The translations under genes were made by a program, and so were the position numbers. A stretch of 62,934 nucleotides of DNA, counting the filler. It is 20 parts of 20 records of this genome, joined end to end, with 100 filler letters (N's around TTAATTAATTAA, not from the genome) between each part and the next. Parts side by side here need not be neighbours in the genome. Positions count along the whole stretch, not along the records: positions 47,303 to 49,810 come from SRR16133337_9375; positions 49,911 to 52,101 come from SRR16133337_10135; positions 52,202 to 55,268 come from SRR16133337_10502; positions 55,369 to 59,877 come from SRR16133337_10513; 16 more parts are not named here. One strand, written 5' to 3'. The number at the start of each line of letters is the position of its first letter. Within the stretch, counting starts at the first letter, position 1. Below the pieces are notes generated by a model that was not told the origin of the DNA, ran no database searches, and was given only the letters and a program-made list of their open reading frames with translations. This document shows positions 48,830 through 59,800 of the stretch, in pieces.

Positions 48830-50384
48830 GTAAGTGATGTTTGATTATTATTTTTTAGCGATTTTTTTTTCGGGTGCAAATTCTTCGCCTTTGTTCTGCT
48901 CATTTTTTGCAATGCTGTCTAGAACTAATAAATGAATGACTGAAAAAAAGAGAAACTAATTTTAGAAGTTAAGTTTTTCTTATAGCTATTCCGAGTAAGC
49001 TTACTCAAAAACCAACATACACAAATTTGAGGAGGTGTTTCTTTCCCTCTTGTTGAGAAATTGACTTACCAATCTGAGCATAGTGTGAAAAATTGATTGT
49101 AACTTGAATTACAGTGCTTGTTCAAACAAAACTTAACAGCCAGTAAATTGCCTTGAGAACTTATGTTTGTGCATCAACTCGTTTCTGTTCACACTAAAAT
49201 ATTTTGCATTTTGCGGCAATATTTGAATAATGTGGCGCCATGCACATTTTCATAGATTTCTCTAATTTGTTTAGAAACAAGAGCGAATTAAGGAGTGTAC
49301 TTGTTTCGGGGAAATCCCAAAATGTAGATATTCGAAAAAGTTTTCGTGCAAACGAGGTACAATTGTTGTTATTATTGCGATTTTTGTCTTAGGTATGCCA
49401 TTATAATGGATGTGAATGGATTCTCGCATCCCCAATGACTGAACCAATGATCGGCCCAATGAACGATTTAGACGACTTGTTAGAAGCAGGCGCATTTCCA
49501 CCTGGATCTGTACACGATGGACAGTTTTTCGATTGTTGGTGTCGAGCATGGAATTATTAAGGTGTGTAAAATTTGAATATTTCAACTGCATATTTCGATA
49601 TGTGTGTTAGACAGTAGCAGTACTCAACGAGCCATTACGAAACCAATTAATACTCTCAAAAACATATTCTCAAAATGAGACACTGGCCAAAAATAAAATC
49701 AGAACTCAATGAGGCCTAGGAAAAAAAGTGAGGCAAATGTGTCGTATTTTCCCGAGATTTTTTAACAGTAACAAGCATGTTTTATAACGCGCGTTTTGAA
49801 AATTCTCCCCNNNNNNNNNNNNNNNNNNNNNNNNNNNNNNNNNNNNNNNNNNNNTTAATTAATTAANNNNNNNNNNNNNNNNNNNNNNNNNNNNNNNNNN
49901 NNNNNNNNNNCCTCACAGCTAGGGAAGGTCCTACGACTCGGTACTTTTCAGGAAAATGATAGGAAACTATATCATTCCATGCGGACAATTTTGTTAAGAA
50001 ATAATTATTTGGGGTTTCATATTTGTAATGCAAAAACACTAAACCTTGTGGGGCACAAAATAATTATGTCAGATGTATCAGCGGCGATGGGTGGTCAGGA
50101 AGTCCTCTGACTCGATACGTTTAGAGAAAGAATACTCAAAGGCAAGATTAGGGTACGACGGAGGGTGGGTGGTGGTACTACAACTCGGGCAAGTCCTTTG
50201 TCTTGGTATCTTAGAGTAGTAAGAATGAAACCTACTTAAAAAAGAGGGAAGTGTGTGCGTGTATGTGCGTACATGTCTGTGAAAGTGCGTGCGTGTGCGA
50301 GTAGGTGGGGCTACAACTCCATATTTAAACATTTTTCAAATGCGCTGTGTGCATCAAACAATATGTAAAGTTTTTTGAAGTACC

Positions 50385-51592
50385 TGGAATACAATATAGA
50401 GGCCTGACAAAGATCCTGTGTACTTCAATGCAACCAAAAATAAAATTGTGAGAATCACAAATGCCAGAAACAAGCCAAAAAATACATCAGTCTCGCCACC
50501 TAATGTAAATAAAAACAAGAAAAGTTTGCTAACATGGTATGGTACTGAGCTCACAAAAACAGTGCATAGTTATGTTATCAGATGTACCTAACATGTGTTC
50601 CAACATACCCGTACATGCAATAGTTTTGACAAGTTCTCCTGTACATGAAATAGTACTTCTGTCTGCTTCAGTATCTGGGTCGTAATTGTCCAAGCAAAAA
50701 ACTTCACAACTTTCTATCATCACAAAACAAACAAGAATAACATTTTATATTTACGGGCTCAAATTTTACAAATCTGGTTCATCAGAAGAGTTTGTTAGTA
50801 CAACGTAACATGTCGCAGTTTTCCGGTGTTATTAAAAAAGCTTTCCACATTATGTCGATGATATAATGCTTTGTGCCTCGTTTCGGGAAATCATTACGAA
50901 AAGGAAACTTAGAGATATTTAGCAGTGACGTGACTGCCGGCACCCACACCCACACCCACACAAACCCCTCACCCTCACAATTTGAAAGTTCTGTGTGCAA
51001 ACCGCTGCTTTATTCACCATTGTTTCACTCATATAGCTTACTCTCGTACTTTTAAAAGCTCCAACGACATAGCAGTTGCATGGACAGTAACGAACTACGC
51101 TTTCTGCATCGCCAGGACACTGCCAGCAGATTTTTTGTTTGTGTTGCAAAAGCGATGAACAACCGAAAAAGCACTCGTTTTGCGTTTTTTGAAGACAGTT
51201 ACATATCTATTGACTCACCTCCGTCAGCTATCATATCTTCACATTCGCCAAGAAGTTGGAGATTATGCTCACTCAAAAACGCTTTGACGTCACATATTCT
51301 TTCTACGAAAGCAGAGATCACATAAAAGAAAACAAAAATTTAAAAGGTTATCATTCTTTCAAACCAAAAACATTATGAGTACAATTTTGCCATAATGTAA
51401 TTACGATACACCCAAAATCAAAAAATCGGATTTAACAAATAGATGAATAGTTTCGCCCAACAATTCCACTGCATTGCAATTTACCTTTGCATTCAAAAGA
51501 TGATGTCAAGCCGCCAGGTTCGCAAAAAATAGTTGTGCTGTTTTTAGCGGCGTTTGAACTGTATCCATCCAAACAAGACACTTTACAAGTAT
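50385..51592 (-). CDS. Spliced Cys-rich (sushi/CCP-like) membrane protein fragment
   Basis: Paralogous exons TCKVSCLDGY...TIFCEPGG...FECK and SCEVFCLDNY...TISCTG...IACT, followed by a hydrophobic exon FFGLFLAFVILTILFLVAL. Confidence 0.5.
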
Positions 51593-51988
51593 CTAACCAA
51601 ACAAACGTATAATAAAACACAAAATATAAAATCACAAAATGCGAAAATAATTGAAGACCCTACGCAACTTCAGGATTGTCACAAAATTTTGCAAACACCT
51701 TCAACAACCTCAAGGAAGTACTGCTTAAAACGTATAGCGTTTCATGTGATGTTTGAAATACAAAATGATCTTAATTTTCCTGTTTGTGTATTTAACGAAA
51801 TTGCGACAATGTCATATATGAATAAAGTATTGTCCACTTTCTACGAATGTGAGGCAATGTCGAGTGATAACAAAGATGCAACAAAAACAAAAGACGAGTT
51901 CACAAGCGCGGCAATTTTGTAAACATGTACAAACCTTGTAAACATGTAAAAACTTGCAAAACCTCTCAATCCTCTCAATCCTCACAAT

Positions 51989-52101
51989 ACTGTAAAGTAC
52001 CGTGTCGTAGGCCCCACCCGTGTCGTAGCATCACCCATGTCGTAGCCCCACCCACCCCTAACTTCAGATCGAAGTTAATATTTTTTACAATGTGTTTTTA
52101 G
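51989..52101. repeat. Probable DNA-transposon/MITE end with subterminal repeats
   Basis: TACTGTAAAGTACC followed by three (G)TGTCGTAG.CCCACC-like repeats at the contig end. Confidence 0.35.
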
Positions 52102-52220
52102 NNNNNNNNNNNNNNNNNNNNNNNNNNNNNNNNNNNNNNNNNNNNTTAATTAATTAANNNNNNNNNNNNNNNNNNNNNNNNNNNNNNNNNNNNNNNNNNN
52201 NACAATAGGTTAATTTTTAG

Positions 52221-53078
52221 AAGTCCCCTTATGTTACAACGCCAACGCCTATAGAATTCGCTTACCATTTAAAAAAGTGGCTCGCACGTTCGGTAAAATG
52301 TCTGCTTATAGATGGTTATTTCAACAAACAAGCGTTTATTCTAACCGATAAAGGAAAGGGGCAAAACATTGGTAAATCTCATTTTACTAAATGGTTGTGT
52401 CCCCCATCGCTTCCGCTCAATCGTTCTTTTGAAGATTCAAAAAAAGACAATTTAATTAAGCTTGCAACAAACGCCTTTATAATTTTGGACGAATTAGATG
52501 GAATTTCAAGAAAGGATTTAAATAGTTTAAAAGCGTTGTTTTCAATGGACGAAATTAGAGTGCGTTTACCTTATGCAAGACGCGAAGAAACGGTACAAAG
52601 AACCGCCAATTTTATAGGTTCAACCAACGAAGAAAACTTTTTAAACGACCCAACAGGCTCGGTGCGTTGGCTTGTTTTTGATGTTACCGCAATAAATTGG
52701 GAATATTCTAAAAAAATGGATATAAACGACATCTGGAGTCAAGCTTACGCTTTGGCTAAAGATGTAAATTTTGATGAAACATTTACCAAAGAAGATGTAA
52801 AAAACAACGAATTACGTAATGAAACCTAGCAAATAAGATCACCTGAGGCTGAGATGATTAGTTTACTTTATGAAGTTCCAAACGAAAAAAACAAACATAA
52901 AGTTGTTTTTCTTACCTCTACGGAAATATTAATTTATTTAAAGTGTAATTCAAACCTTAACAGGCTTTCACCGGTTTCGGTTGGTAAAGCTTTAAAACTT
53001 TTAAAATTTGAACGTGTAAAAAAGAACGGTGTTTACGGTTATAACGTTGTACAAACTAAAAGAGTTTTAGGAGCATAA
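52221..53078 (+). pseudogene. vapE: VapE-like (virulence-associated E) helicase, N-terminally truncated with an in-frame TAG at 52827
   Basis: KKWLARSV, Walker A GQNIGKS, ILDELDG, RLPYARR, FIGSTN, FLNDPTGSVRW; the frame continues past the TAG (NET*QIRSPEAEMISLLY...) into a wHTH-like tail. Confidence 0.85.
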
Positions 53079-53121
53079 AACCAAGCCTTTTCGATAAAAG
53101 TCAACCTAAAATATTTTAAAA

Positions 53122-53319
53122 ATGAAACTATCAAGCGAACAAAAAACAGCGGTTTTAACGTGCGTAAATGACCTCGAAAATTATTATGCAACTTGCGGAA
53201 ACGATTTAGATTTTCAAAATTTAGAAATTTTCAAAATTCATTTAAACACCATACAGTTAAACCTTGAAAACATTGAGGTTGTGGCGGATTTTGTGAGCGT
53301 TTCAAACAGCAAAAAATAA
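53122..53319 (+). CDS. Small hypothetical protein
   Basis: 65-aa ORF with an A-rich leader between vapE and the repeat array. Confidence 0.55.
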   Translation: MKLSSEQKTAVLTCVNDLENYYATCGNDLDFQNLEIFKIHLNTIQLNLENIEVVADFVSVSNSKK

Positions 53320-53336
53320 ATAAACCATGAAAGCAT

Positions 53337-53542
53337 CTTACCCAACTTACCCAAAGTATAACAATACTAATAAAATCAAAGCCCTAAACGAGGTAAGTAA
53401 GTGCAAAAAGCATCCTACCCTACCCTATCTTACCCAATCTTACCTTTAGCCAAATGTAAAAGGGTAACTTGGGGTAACTTTGGATAAGAGGGTTTTTTAT
53501 CTTACCCACCGCATTCTCACTGGATGGGGTAAGATGGGTAAC
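53337..53542. repeat. Iteron-like array (putative replication origin)
   Basis: About 13 copies of (C)TTACCC / GGGTAA(G/C) in both orientations, many spaced 9-10 nt apart. Confidence 0.7.
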
Positions 53543-53607
53543 TTTTTTTTACGTTTCGAGCAAAAAAAAATAAAAAATTAGTGTGAAATTTTAAAACCTA
53601 AAAAAAA

Positions 53608-55121
53608 ATGTTAGTTAAACAGTTTCATTACATATCAAAAGATGAAAGTTTAAAACTTTTAAACTCTATTGAAAACATAAAATACAAAGTGATTGTTTTA
53701 TTGATGCTCGATTGTGGATTAAGAGTGTCCGAAGCTTGCTCTTTAAAATTCAAAAACTTCGATTTCAAAAACCGACTACTCACAATTCAATCTTTAAAGA
53801 AAAAAGGCAAAAAACATTTGCGTACAATTCCTATATCTGACAGACTATACCGTCAATTGGGTACCTATTTGAATTCTAAAAATCTAATTTTTGAAAAAGA
53901 CAGTTTTTTATTTCCCTCAAAATCTTGGGAGGGCTATTTAGGTAGAAAGGCAGTTTGGAAGTTCCTCAATAGCTTAAAAGGAAAACTGTTGATTGAAAAT
54001 TTACACCCTCACGCTCTAAGACATTCTTTTGCAACGCACCACTTGTCTGCAGGTTCATCTTTGGAAGAAATTAAAGTAATGTTGGGGCATAAATCGTACA
54101 ATACTACATTAATTTATGCAGAAATTCCCACCGATAAACTAAAAGAGCACGTCAATGCTCTTACCTACTCCCCTCCTACTGTTTGGCAAAGAATTTATTG
54201 TTTTTTCATTCCAAAACCCAAAACAAAACTGATCAATCTAAATTTTACAGAAAACTATTACAGTATCGGTAGAAATGAAGAATTAAAGAACTTGAACGCA
54301 AACATAGAAAAAGGCGTAAATACTTTGGTACTTGGTAAAATTGGCACAGGAAAAACACATTTATTGCAAAACATTGAAACCAAAAGAAAAATACTTCGTA
54401 TCGATGATTCTGAATCCATAAAAAAAACATTGGCTCAAATTCTATTGCATTTTCATGAAAAAAAAGAAACGGTAATTTCATTGCTCTGGAAAGATTTCAC
54501 AAAAGATGAAATCAACAAAAAAATTCAACGCGAGAATATCGCAAACCTTTGCGATACTATAAAAGCTTCCGTAAAACCAAACGATTATATTTTAATCATT
54601 GATGACATGACAAGCATCACTCCTACTGCAAAAAAAGCAATTGAAAAATTAAAAGATACATTTATAATCATTGCTGGGGCACGTGAAATAAAAGCGAACA
54701 ATACTTCATTTCTTTGGAATTTTGAAAGATTGGATTTAAAACCTTTAAACCGTAGATATTCAATGCAATTAATCAATCAACTTTCTAGTGGTTTGGAGGT
54801 AGAAAAAAAGGAGGTTTTCTTAAATCATATTTATGATCAAACAAATGGAAACCCCAGGGCAATTACAGAATTAATAAACAGATACAAAAAAGAACCTTTT
54901 TTAGATGTTCAAACCATCAAAGAAATAAAACACACAGGTGCATTGCATGAGTTTGATATGACCTGGTTGGTTATCGTGTTTTTAGGCTGTTTAACAGCAC
55001 TTCGATATTTAGCGAGGGAGTTTAGGACGAACCTGCGTTAAGATTCATTGGTAGCATCGCTATGGTAGTTCTAATCATGTTTCGACCACTCATGAGAAGT
55101 TTAAAAAGAACTTTTATTTAA
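53608..55121 (+). CDS. Tyrosine recombinase catalytic domain fused to a P-loop (AAA-like) ATPase and C-terminal TM helices; frameshift near 55021-55026
   Basis: YR residues GLRVSE, HALRH and LGH...TLIY are intact; Walker A GKIGTGKT, Walker B LIIDD, GNPR; TM WLVIVFLGCLTALRY. The ORF stops at 55041, but an alternative frame continues DEPALRFIGSIAMVVLIMFRPLMRSLKRTFI* to 55121. Confidence 0.85.
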
Positions 55122-55368
55122 TTGTCGTAAAAAACAGTTTTGGAAGGTAGACAAAATAAATATTTTGTCGCCGCACGCCCTCCCCAAATAAGACATTATA
55201 TCACTCAAAATCATCAAATCTATGAAAAATGAAAAGACTGTATATTTTATAAATAACTTTAGTAATCANNNNNNNNNNNNNNNNNNNNNNNNNNNNNNNN
55301 NNNNNNNNNNNNTTAATTAATTAANNNNNNNNNNNNNNNNNNNNNNNNNNNNNNNNNNNNNNNNNNNN

Positions 55369-55385
55369 CGACGCTCTTCCGATCT
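55369..55385 (+). other. Illumina adapter remnant
   Basis: CGACGCTCTTCCGATCT at the contig start. Confidence 0.97.
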
Positions 55386-55428
55386 TGATATGCATTATAA
55401 TTTGTTAAATCGAAATCGCTATAAGTCT

Positions 55429-56724
55429 TCATGCTCTCTTTATATTTCTTAAAATGACTTTAAGAAAATCAAAATCTGTTTTTTTATAGGTTAATATTAC
55501 TTTTATTGGTATTGCCACTTTTCTACTATAAAAATAAAGAAACAATATAGTTGCTAAACTATAACTAACTGTAGAAGCCATTGCCGCTCCATCTGCTCCA
55601 TAATTGGGAATCCATAAAACATTTAGAATAATATTTATAATAAGTGCTGGCAGCATTGCTTTTAATGAAACCCAAGGTTTTCCTCTTCCTGCTAAATCCA
55701 TATTCATTATTTTAAATATGGTAAGCAATAATACTCCTACAAGAAGTCTGTTTAATACTGAAACACTTCCTTTAAATGCTTCTCCAAACAGAATAAAAAT
55801 GAGTGAATCGGATAAGATATATAGAATCAAGCCTCCTATAGTTGTAACTACAATCGATACTCTTAATAATTGAGTAATTTTTAAAGAAAACTTTTTATTA
55901 TCTTTAGACACAGAACTTCTAGCAAATATTATAGCACTTAAAATCATTGGCACTTGCCAAAGATGTTGAGTGATTGCAACCCCTTTAGAATACAATCCTA
56001 TTTCAAAAGGGGTTGACATATAATCCAATAAAATAACATCCAATCGATAATTTAGGTCAATCACCAAAAGTGCAAAGGCATATACCAATCCTAAACTTAG
56101 CATTCTTTTTACAACTTCCCATTTAATCTTAGAGCGAAAGGATTTTAAAAAATCATTTCTATAAAGCAGTATAAAGAACATAAACAGAGGTCCACCTATC
56201 ATAGCCATCAAATAGCCTGGAATTTCAAGAGGCAGTATTATTATGAAAAGTAGAGTTAATAATAAAATAATAAATTTAGGGATCCAGTTTATTTTATTAA
56301 ATACACCTATTTGATTCTTTCCTAAAAAAATCCCTGAATTGTATGTATTGAATAAACTAAAAGGGATTGGAATCAATGCATAGGCAATTAATGTCAAATC
56401 ATTTGTGGACTTAGTCAGATAATGCATTAAACCAAAACATATGACGATACTTAAGATGGAGCTAAATAACCATATCCGAGTTATAGCTATCTTAATATCT
56501 TCCTCTGTAAAAAAAGAAGTCCCTAAAAAGTAAGTTGTGGACTGCCTTACCCCTAATGACCCTATACTTATAAAAAGAGATGGATATACAAGTAATACAT
56601 CAATGATCCCATTTTTTTCTGGACCAAGTTGTCGAGCAACAATCACAGAAGTTAGTAAGCCAAAAAGAGTAATTAAAACTTTAGAAACTCCTACACCCGA
56701 TATATCTTTAACAATTCCCTTCAA
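55429..56724 (-). CDS. wzx: Oligosaccharide flippase (Wzx/MOP family)
   Basis: Highly hydrophobic multi-TM protein; ARQLGPEKNG, RLDVILL, IGLYS, IPNYGADGAAMAS. Probable TTG start overlaps the upstream TGA. Confidence 0.88.
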   Translation of the reverse strand: MKGIVKDISGVGVSKVLITLFGLLTSVIVARQLGPEKNGIIDVLLVYPSLFISIGSLGVRQSTTYFLGTSFFTEEDIKIAITRIWLFSSILSIVICFGLMHYLTKSTNDLTLIAYALIPIPFSLFNTYNSGIFLGKNQIGVFNKINWIPKFIILLLTLLFIIILPLEIPGYLMAMIGGPLFMFFILLYRNDFLKSFRSKIKWEVVKRMLSLGLVYAFALLVIDLNYRLDVILLDYMSTPFEIGLYSKGVAITQHLWQVPMILSAIIFARSSVSKDNKKFSLKITQLLRVSIVVTTIGGLILYILSDSLIFILFGEAFKGSVSVLNRLLVGVLLLTIFKIMNMDLAGRGKPWVSLKAMLPALIINIILNVLWIPNYGADGAAMASTVSYSLATILFLYFYSRKVAIPIKVILTYKKTDFDFLKVILRNIKRA

Positions 56725-57257
56725 TTTTTTTGTTTTTTGATTTTGCAAGGAACTCCATACGCAATACAATTATCAGGCACATCTATGTTTATCAATAAAT
56801 TTGCTCCAACGATTGCGTTTTCTCCAATTATTACTTTTCCAATTATTTTCGCACCAGCAAATATTTTAGCACCTTTCTTAACAATAGGGTATTCTTTTTC
56901 TAATTCAGGTCTACCTGAACTCCCAAGAGTAACTTGCTGAAAAATAGTAACATTGTTTTCAATAACAACACCAACTCCTATGACTATTCCTATGGGGTGA
57001 GGTAATTTGATTCCTTTTCCTAAAGTAGATTTATAGGAAATATCACAGTTTCTGGCTATACATTTTTTTCTATAATACATTGCTAAGAGGTTTAAAAACG
57101 TCGATTTGCCTTTAAGACAAAACTTTCCTAATCGGTAATTTAATAAAACACGAAAAGTTGGATTAAATAAACTTTCCTTAAAAAAATTTAAAAAGCTTTT
57201 TTCCTCAGCATATAAATCATCAAATATTTCTTTTTTAAGTTTTAGTATTCTTTTCAT
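56721..57257 (-). CDS. Hexapeptide-repeat O-acetyltransferase (CysE/EpsC-like)
   Basis: LPHPIGIVIG, TIFQQVTLG, AGAKIIGKVIIGENAIVGAN, DVPDNCIAYGVP. Confidence 0.9.
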   Translation of the reverse strand: MKRILKLKKEIFDDLYAEEKSFLNFFKESLFNPTFRVLLNYRLGKFCLKGKSTFLNLLAMYYRKKCIARNCDISYKSTLGKGIKLPHPIGIVIGVGVVIENNVTIFQQVTLGSSGRPELEKEYPIVKKGAKIFAGAKIIGKVIIGENAIVGANLLINIDVPDNCIAYGVPCKIKKQKN

Positions 57258-57259
57258 AC

Positions 57260-58510
57260 CTAAATTAAAACATTTAACCCTTTCAATTTTTGAATTACAT
57301 TCTCATATCCTCTACTTATTTGCCAAGAGTTTTCTATGGTAGTTTCTCCTCCTTTGACTGTTAAACCTGCTAGTAACAATGCTATTCCAGCTCTCAGATC
57401 TAAAGCTGTTACTTTTGCTCCTAACAAATCTCGCCCTCCTTTTATTTTTAACAAATCTCCTTCAACCTGAAAATTCATTCCCATTTTAGCTAATTCTTCA
57501 GCATAACCATACCTTCCAGGAAATCTCAAATCTATAATTCTTGATTCTCCTTTAGACATTGCTCCATACACAGCGAATAAAGGTTGCATGTCTGAATTGA
57601 TTCCAGGATATGGTCCCGTACTGATTTCAATAGGATAAGCACTCCCTCCTCTAACTATTAAAGAATTACTACCCTTATAATACTTCATACCACTTTCTCT
57701 TAGGTGTACTAAAGGGACTTCCAAATGTTCATAGGGGAAATTTTCAATTTCAACTTCTCCATTTGTTATTACAGATCCTATAGCCCAAGTTAAAGCTTCC
57801 ATATTATCTGGAATTACAGAATGCTTTACACCATTTAATTTATCAACTCCATTTATTACAATACACTTCTGTCCATAAGCCTTAATAGCACCTCCCATCT
57901 TATTAATCATATCAATCAAATCAATAATCTCAGGTCTAATATGAGGGTTCCATATAATTGTTTCCCCTTTTGCTAAACTTGCACTAATAATAGAATTTTC
58001 GGTTGCTCCAGTAGAACGCATAGGTAAATGAATATGATTTCCTTTTAATTTACCTCCTTTTACTTTAGCACATAAATAACCACCTTCTTCCCATACTTTA
58101 GCACCTAAAATTTCTAGTAACATAACATGTAAATCATATTTTCTTTCCCCTAATTTACATCCCCCTGGTAATGGCACTTTACCCTCTCCGAATCTCGTTG
58201 TAAGTGCTCCTAAAATTAAAAGTGTATTTCTTATTGACCCCTCTTCCCATTCTAAGATTGTTTTTGTCTTATCATCTATTTCAGAGATCATTACAATATC
58301 CTTTTCAATTTCATAACTTTTCCCTAGAACTTTTAACATTTTTAAATGAACTTGAACATCTAATAATCCATTTGGAAAATTGTAGAGGGCAATTTTTTCG
58401 TCTGTCAGTATACTAGCCGCTAATAACCGCAATGCACTATTCTTTGCTCCACTAATTCTCACTTTTCCTTCGAGTATGCCTTTTTTTATTACTAATTGTT
58501 CTTTATTCAT
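57260..58510 (-). CDS. murA: UDP-N-acetylglucosamine 1-carboxyvinyltransferase paralogue
   Basis: SGAKNSAL, LPGGCKLGER (catalytic Cys), STGATEN, PYPGINSDMQP, DLRAG, RGYE. Confidence 0.92.
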   Translation of the reverse strand: MNKEQLVIKKGILEGKVRISGAKNSALRLLAASILTDEKIALYNFPNGLLDVQVHLKMLKVLGKSYEIEKDIVMISEIDDKTKTILEWEEGSIRNTLLILGALTTRFGEGKVPLPGGCKLGERKYDLHVMLLEILGAKVWEEGGYLCAKVKGGKLKGNHIHLPMRSTGATENSIISASLAKGETIIWNPHIRPEIIDLIDMINKMGGAIKAYGQKCIVINGVDKLNGVKHSVIPDNMEALTWAIGSVITNGEVEIENFPYEHLEVPLVHLRESGMKYYKGSNSLIVRGGSAYPIEISTGPYPGINSDMQPLFAVYGAMSKGESRIIDLRFPGRYGYAEELAKMGMNFQVEGDLLKIKGGRDLLGAKVTALDLRAGIALLLAGLTVKGGETTIENSWQISRGYENVIQKLKGLNVLI

Positions 58511-58520
58511 TTTTATTATT

Positions 58521-58645
58521 TTATTTCACAAAATCTAAGGTAATTTTTCCTCTAGGAATCTCTACACGTTTAAAATCATCATGAGCTAGTAAAAAACAAT
58601 AATATCGGATTTTTCAATTGCCTCCCTATAATGTGTAATTGTTAA
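58521..58645 (-). pseudogene. C-terminal remnant of a UDP-sugar dehydrogenase (WecC-like)
   Basis: Frameshifted peptide LTITHYREAIEKSDIIVF/LLAHDDFKRVEIPRGKITLDFVK* matches the 'ADiiVxLVxHxxF...LD' tail of UDP-ManNAc/Glc dehydrogenases. Confidence 0.6.
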
Positions 58646-58765
58646 GTTTCATAAGGTTGTTAATTGACCCTTTTTTTTATTTGTTTTCAAATTTAGGATT
58701 TTATTTAAATTTTAGGGGGGGCTTTAAAAATAGTTGGGTCTAATTCATACCCTTTTTCAATGGCA

Positions 58766-59800
58766 TCAAAAGGTGTTTTGACCTTGAGTTCTCTCTTGAA
58801 ACCATTCCACAAATTTCCGTACCCCCTCTTCAATGCCAACCCTACTTTTATAGCCTAATTTTTCAATTTCGGTAGTATCTGCCCAAGTCTGAGGTACATC
58901 ACCCGCTTGCATCGATAAAAATTCTTTTTTAGCTACTTTTCCATAACTCGTTTCAATCGCTTTGATAAAAGCTTCTAAAGATTGCGGTTTTCCATTTCCG
59001 ATATTAGAAACTCTATAGGCAGGTTTCTCCGCTTCTTTTTGAGGCGGATTTTGCAATAAAATTTCAATTCCATTGACGATATCATCAATATACGTAAAAT
59101 CACGACTCATATTGCCTTCGTTAAAAACTTTGATCGCTCTATTCTCAGCAATGGCTTTTGTAAATAAATAAAGAGCCATATCAGGTCTTCCCCAAGGACC
59201 ATATACCGTAAAAAGACGTAAACCCGTTGTCGGGATCTTATACAGATGGCTATAAGTATACGCCATCAACTCATTGCTCTTTTTAGTAGCGGCATACAAA
59301 CTAATGGGATGATCCACACTATCTGATGTTGAAAAAGGAACTTTTTTATTCTCTCCATAAACACTAGAACTACTTGCATATAAAAGATGCTGTATTTTAT
59401 GATGTCTACAACATTCCAATACATTTAAAAACCCAACGATATTGCTATCTATATAAGCTTCTGGATTTTCTATACTGTAACGAACCCCTGCTTGAGCTGC
59501 CAAATTACAAACGACCTCAAATTTTTCAGCTTTAAAAAGGTTGGGTAAATTTTCACGATCCTCCAAATTCATCCGAACAAACCGAAAGGATTCGCCGTAT
59601 AATTTACTTTTTGAAAGATTTAAAAAAGAAGTTGCCTGTTTTCTATCAATTCCCAACTCCTTGATTCGAGCATATTTTAAATTGACATCATAATAAGCAT
59701 TGACATTATCCAAACCGACAACCGTATGCCCTTTTTTTAATAATGCCTGCGATAAATGAAAACCTATAAAACCAGCAGCTCCCGTAACTAATATTTTCAT
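58766..59800 (-). CDS. NAD-dependent epimerase (UDP-glucuronate 4-epimerase-like SDR)
   Basis: MKILVTGAAGFIG, NLAAQAGVRYS, YASSSSVYG, YAATK, FTVYGPWGRPDMA, RDFTYIDD. Confidence 0.95.
   Translation of the reverse strand: MKILVTGAAGFIGFHLSQALLKKGHTVVGLDNVNAYYDVNLKYARIKELGIDRKQATSFLNLSKSKLYGESFRFVRMNLEDRENLPNLFKAEKFEVVCNLAAQAGVRYSIENPEAYIDSNIVGFLNVLECCRHHKIQHLLYASSSSVYGENKKVPFSTSDSVDHPISLYAATKKSNELMAYTYSHLYKIPTTGLRLFTVYGPWGRPDMALYLFTKAIAENRAIKVFNEGNMSRDFTYIDDIVNGIEILLQNPPQKEAEKPAYRVSNIGNGKPQSLEAFIKAIETSYGKVAKKEFLSMQAGDVPQTWADTTEIEKLGYKSRVGIEEGVRKFVEWFQERTQGQNTF

Noticed and set aside
22745-52829. Stop-codon reassignment in the bacterial contigs
   Set aside because: The in-frame stops differ (TAA, TAG), TAA ends intact neighbouring genes, and frameshifts co-occur; decay explains them.
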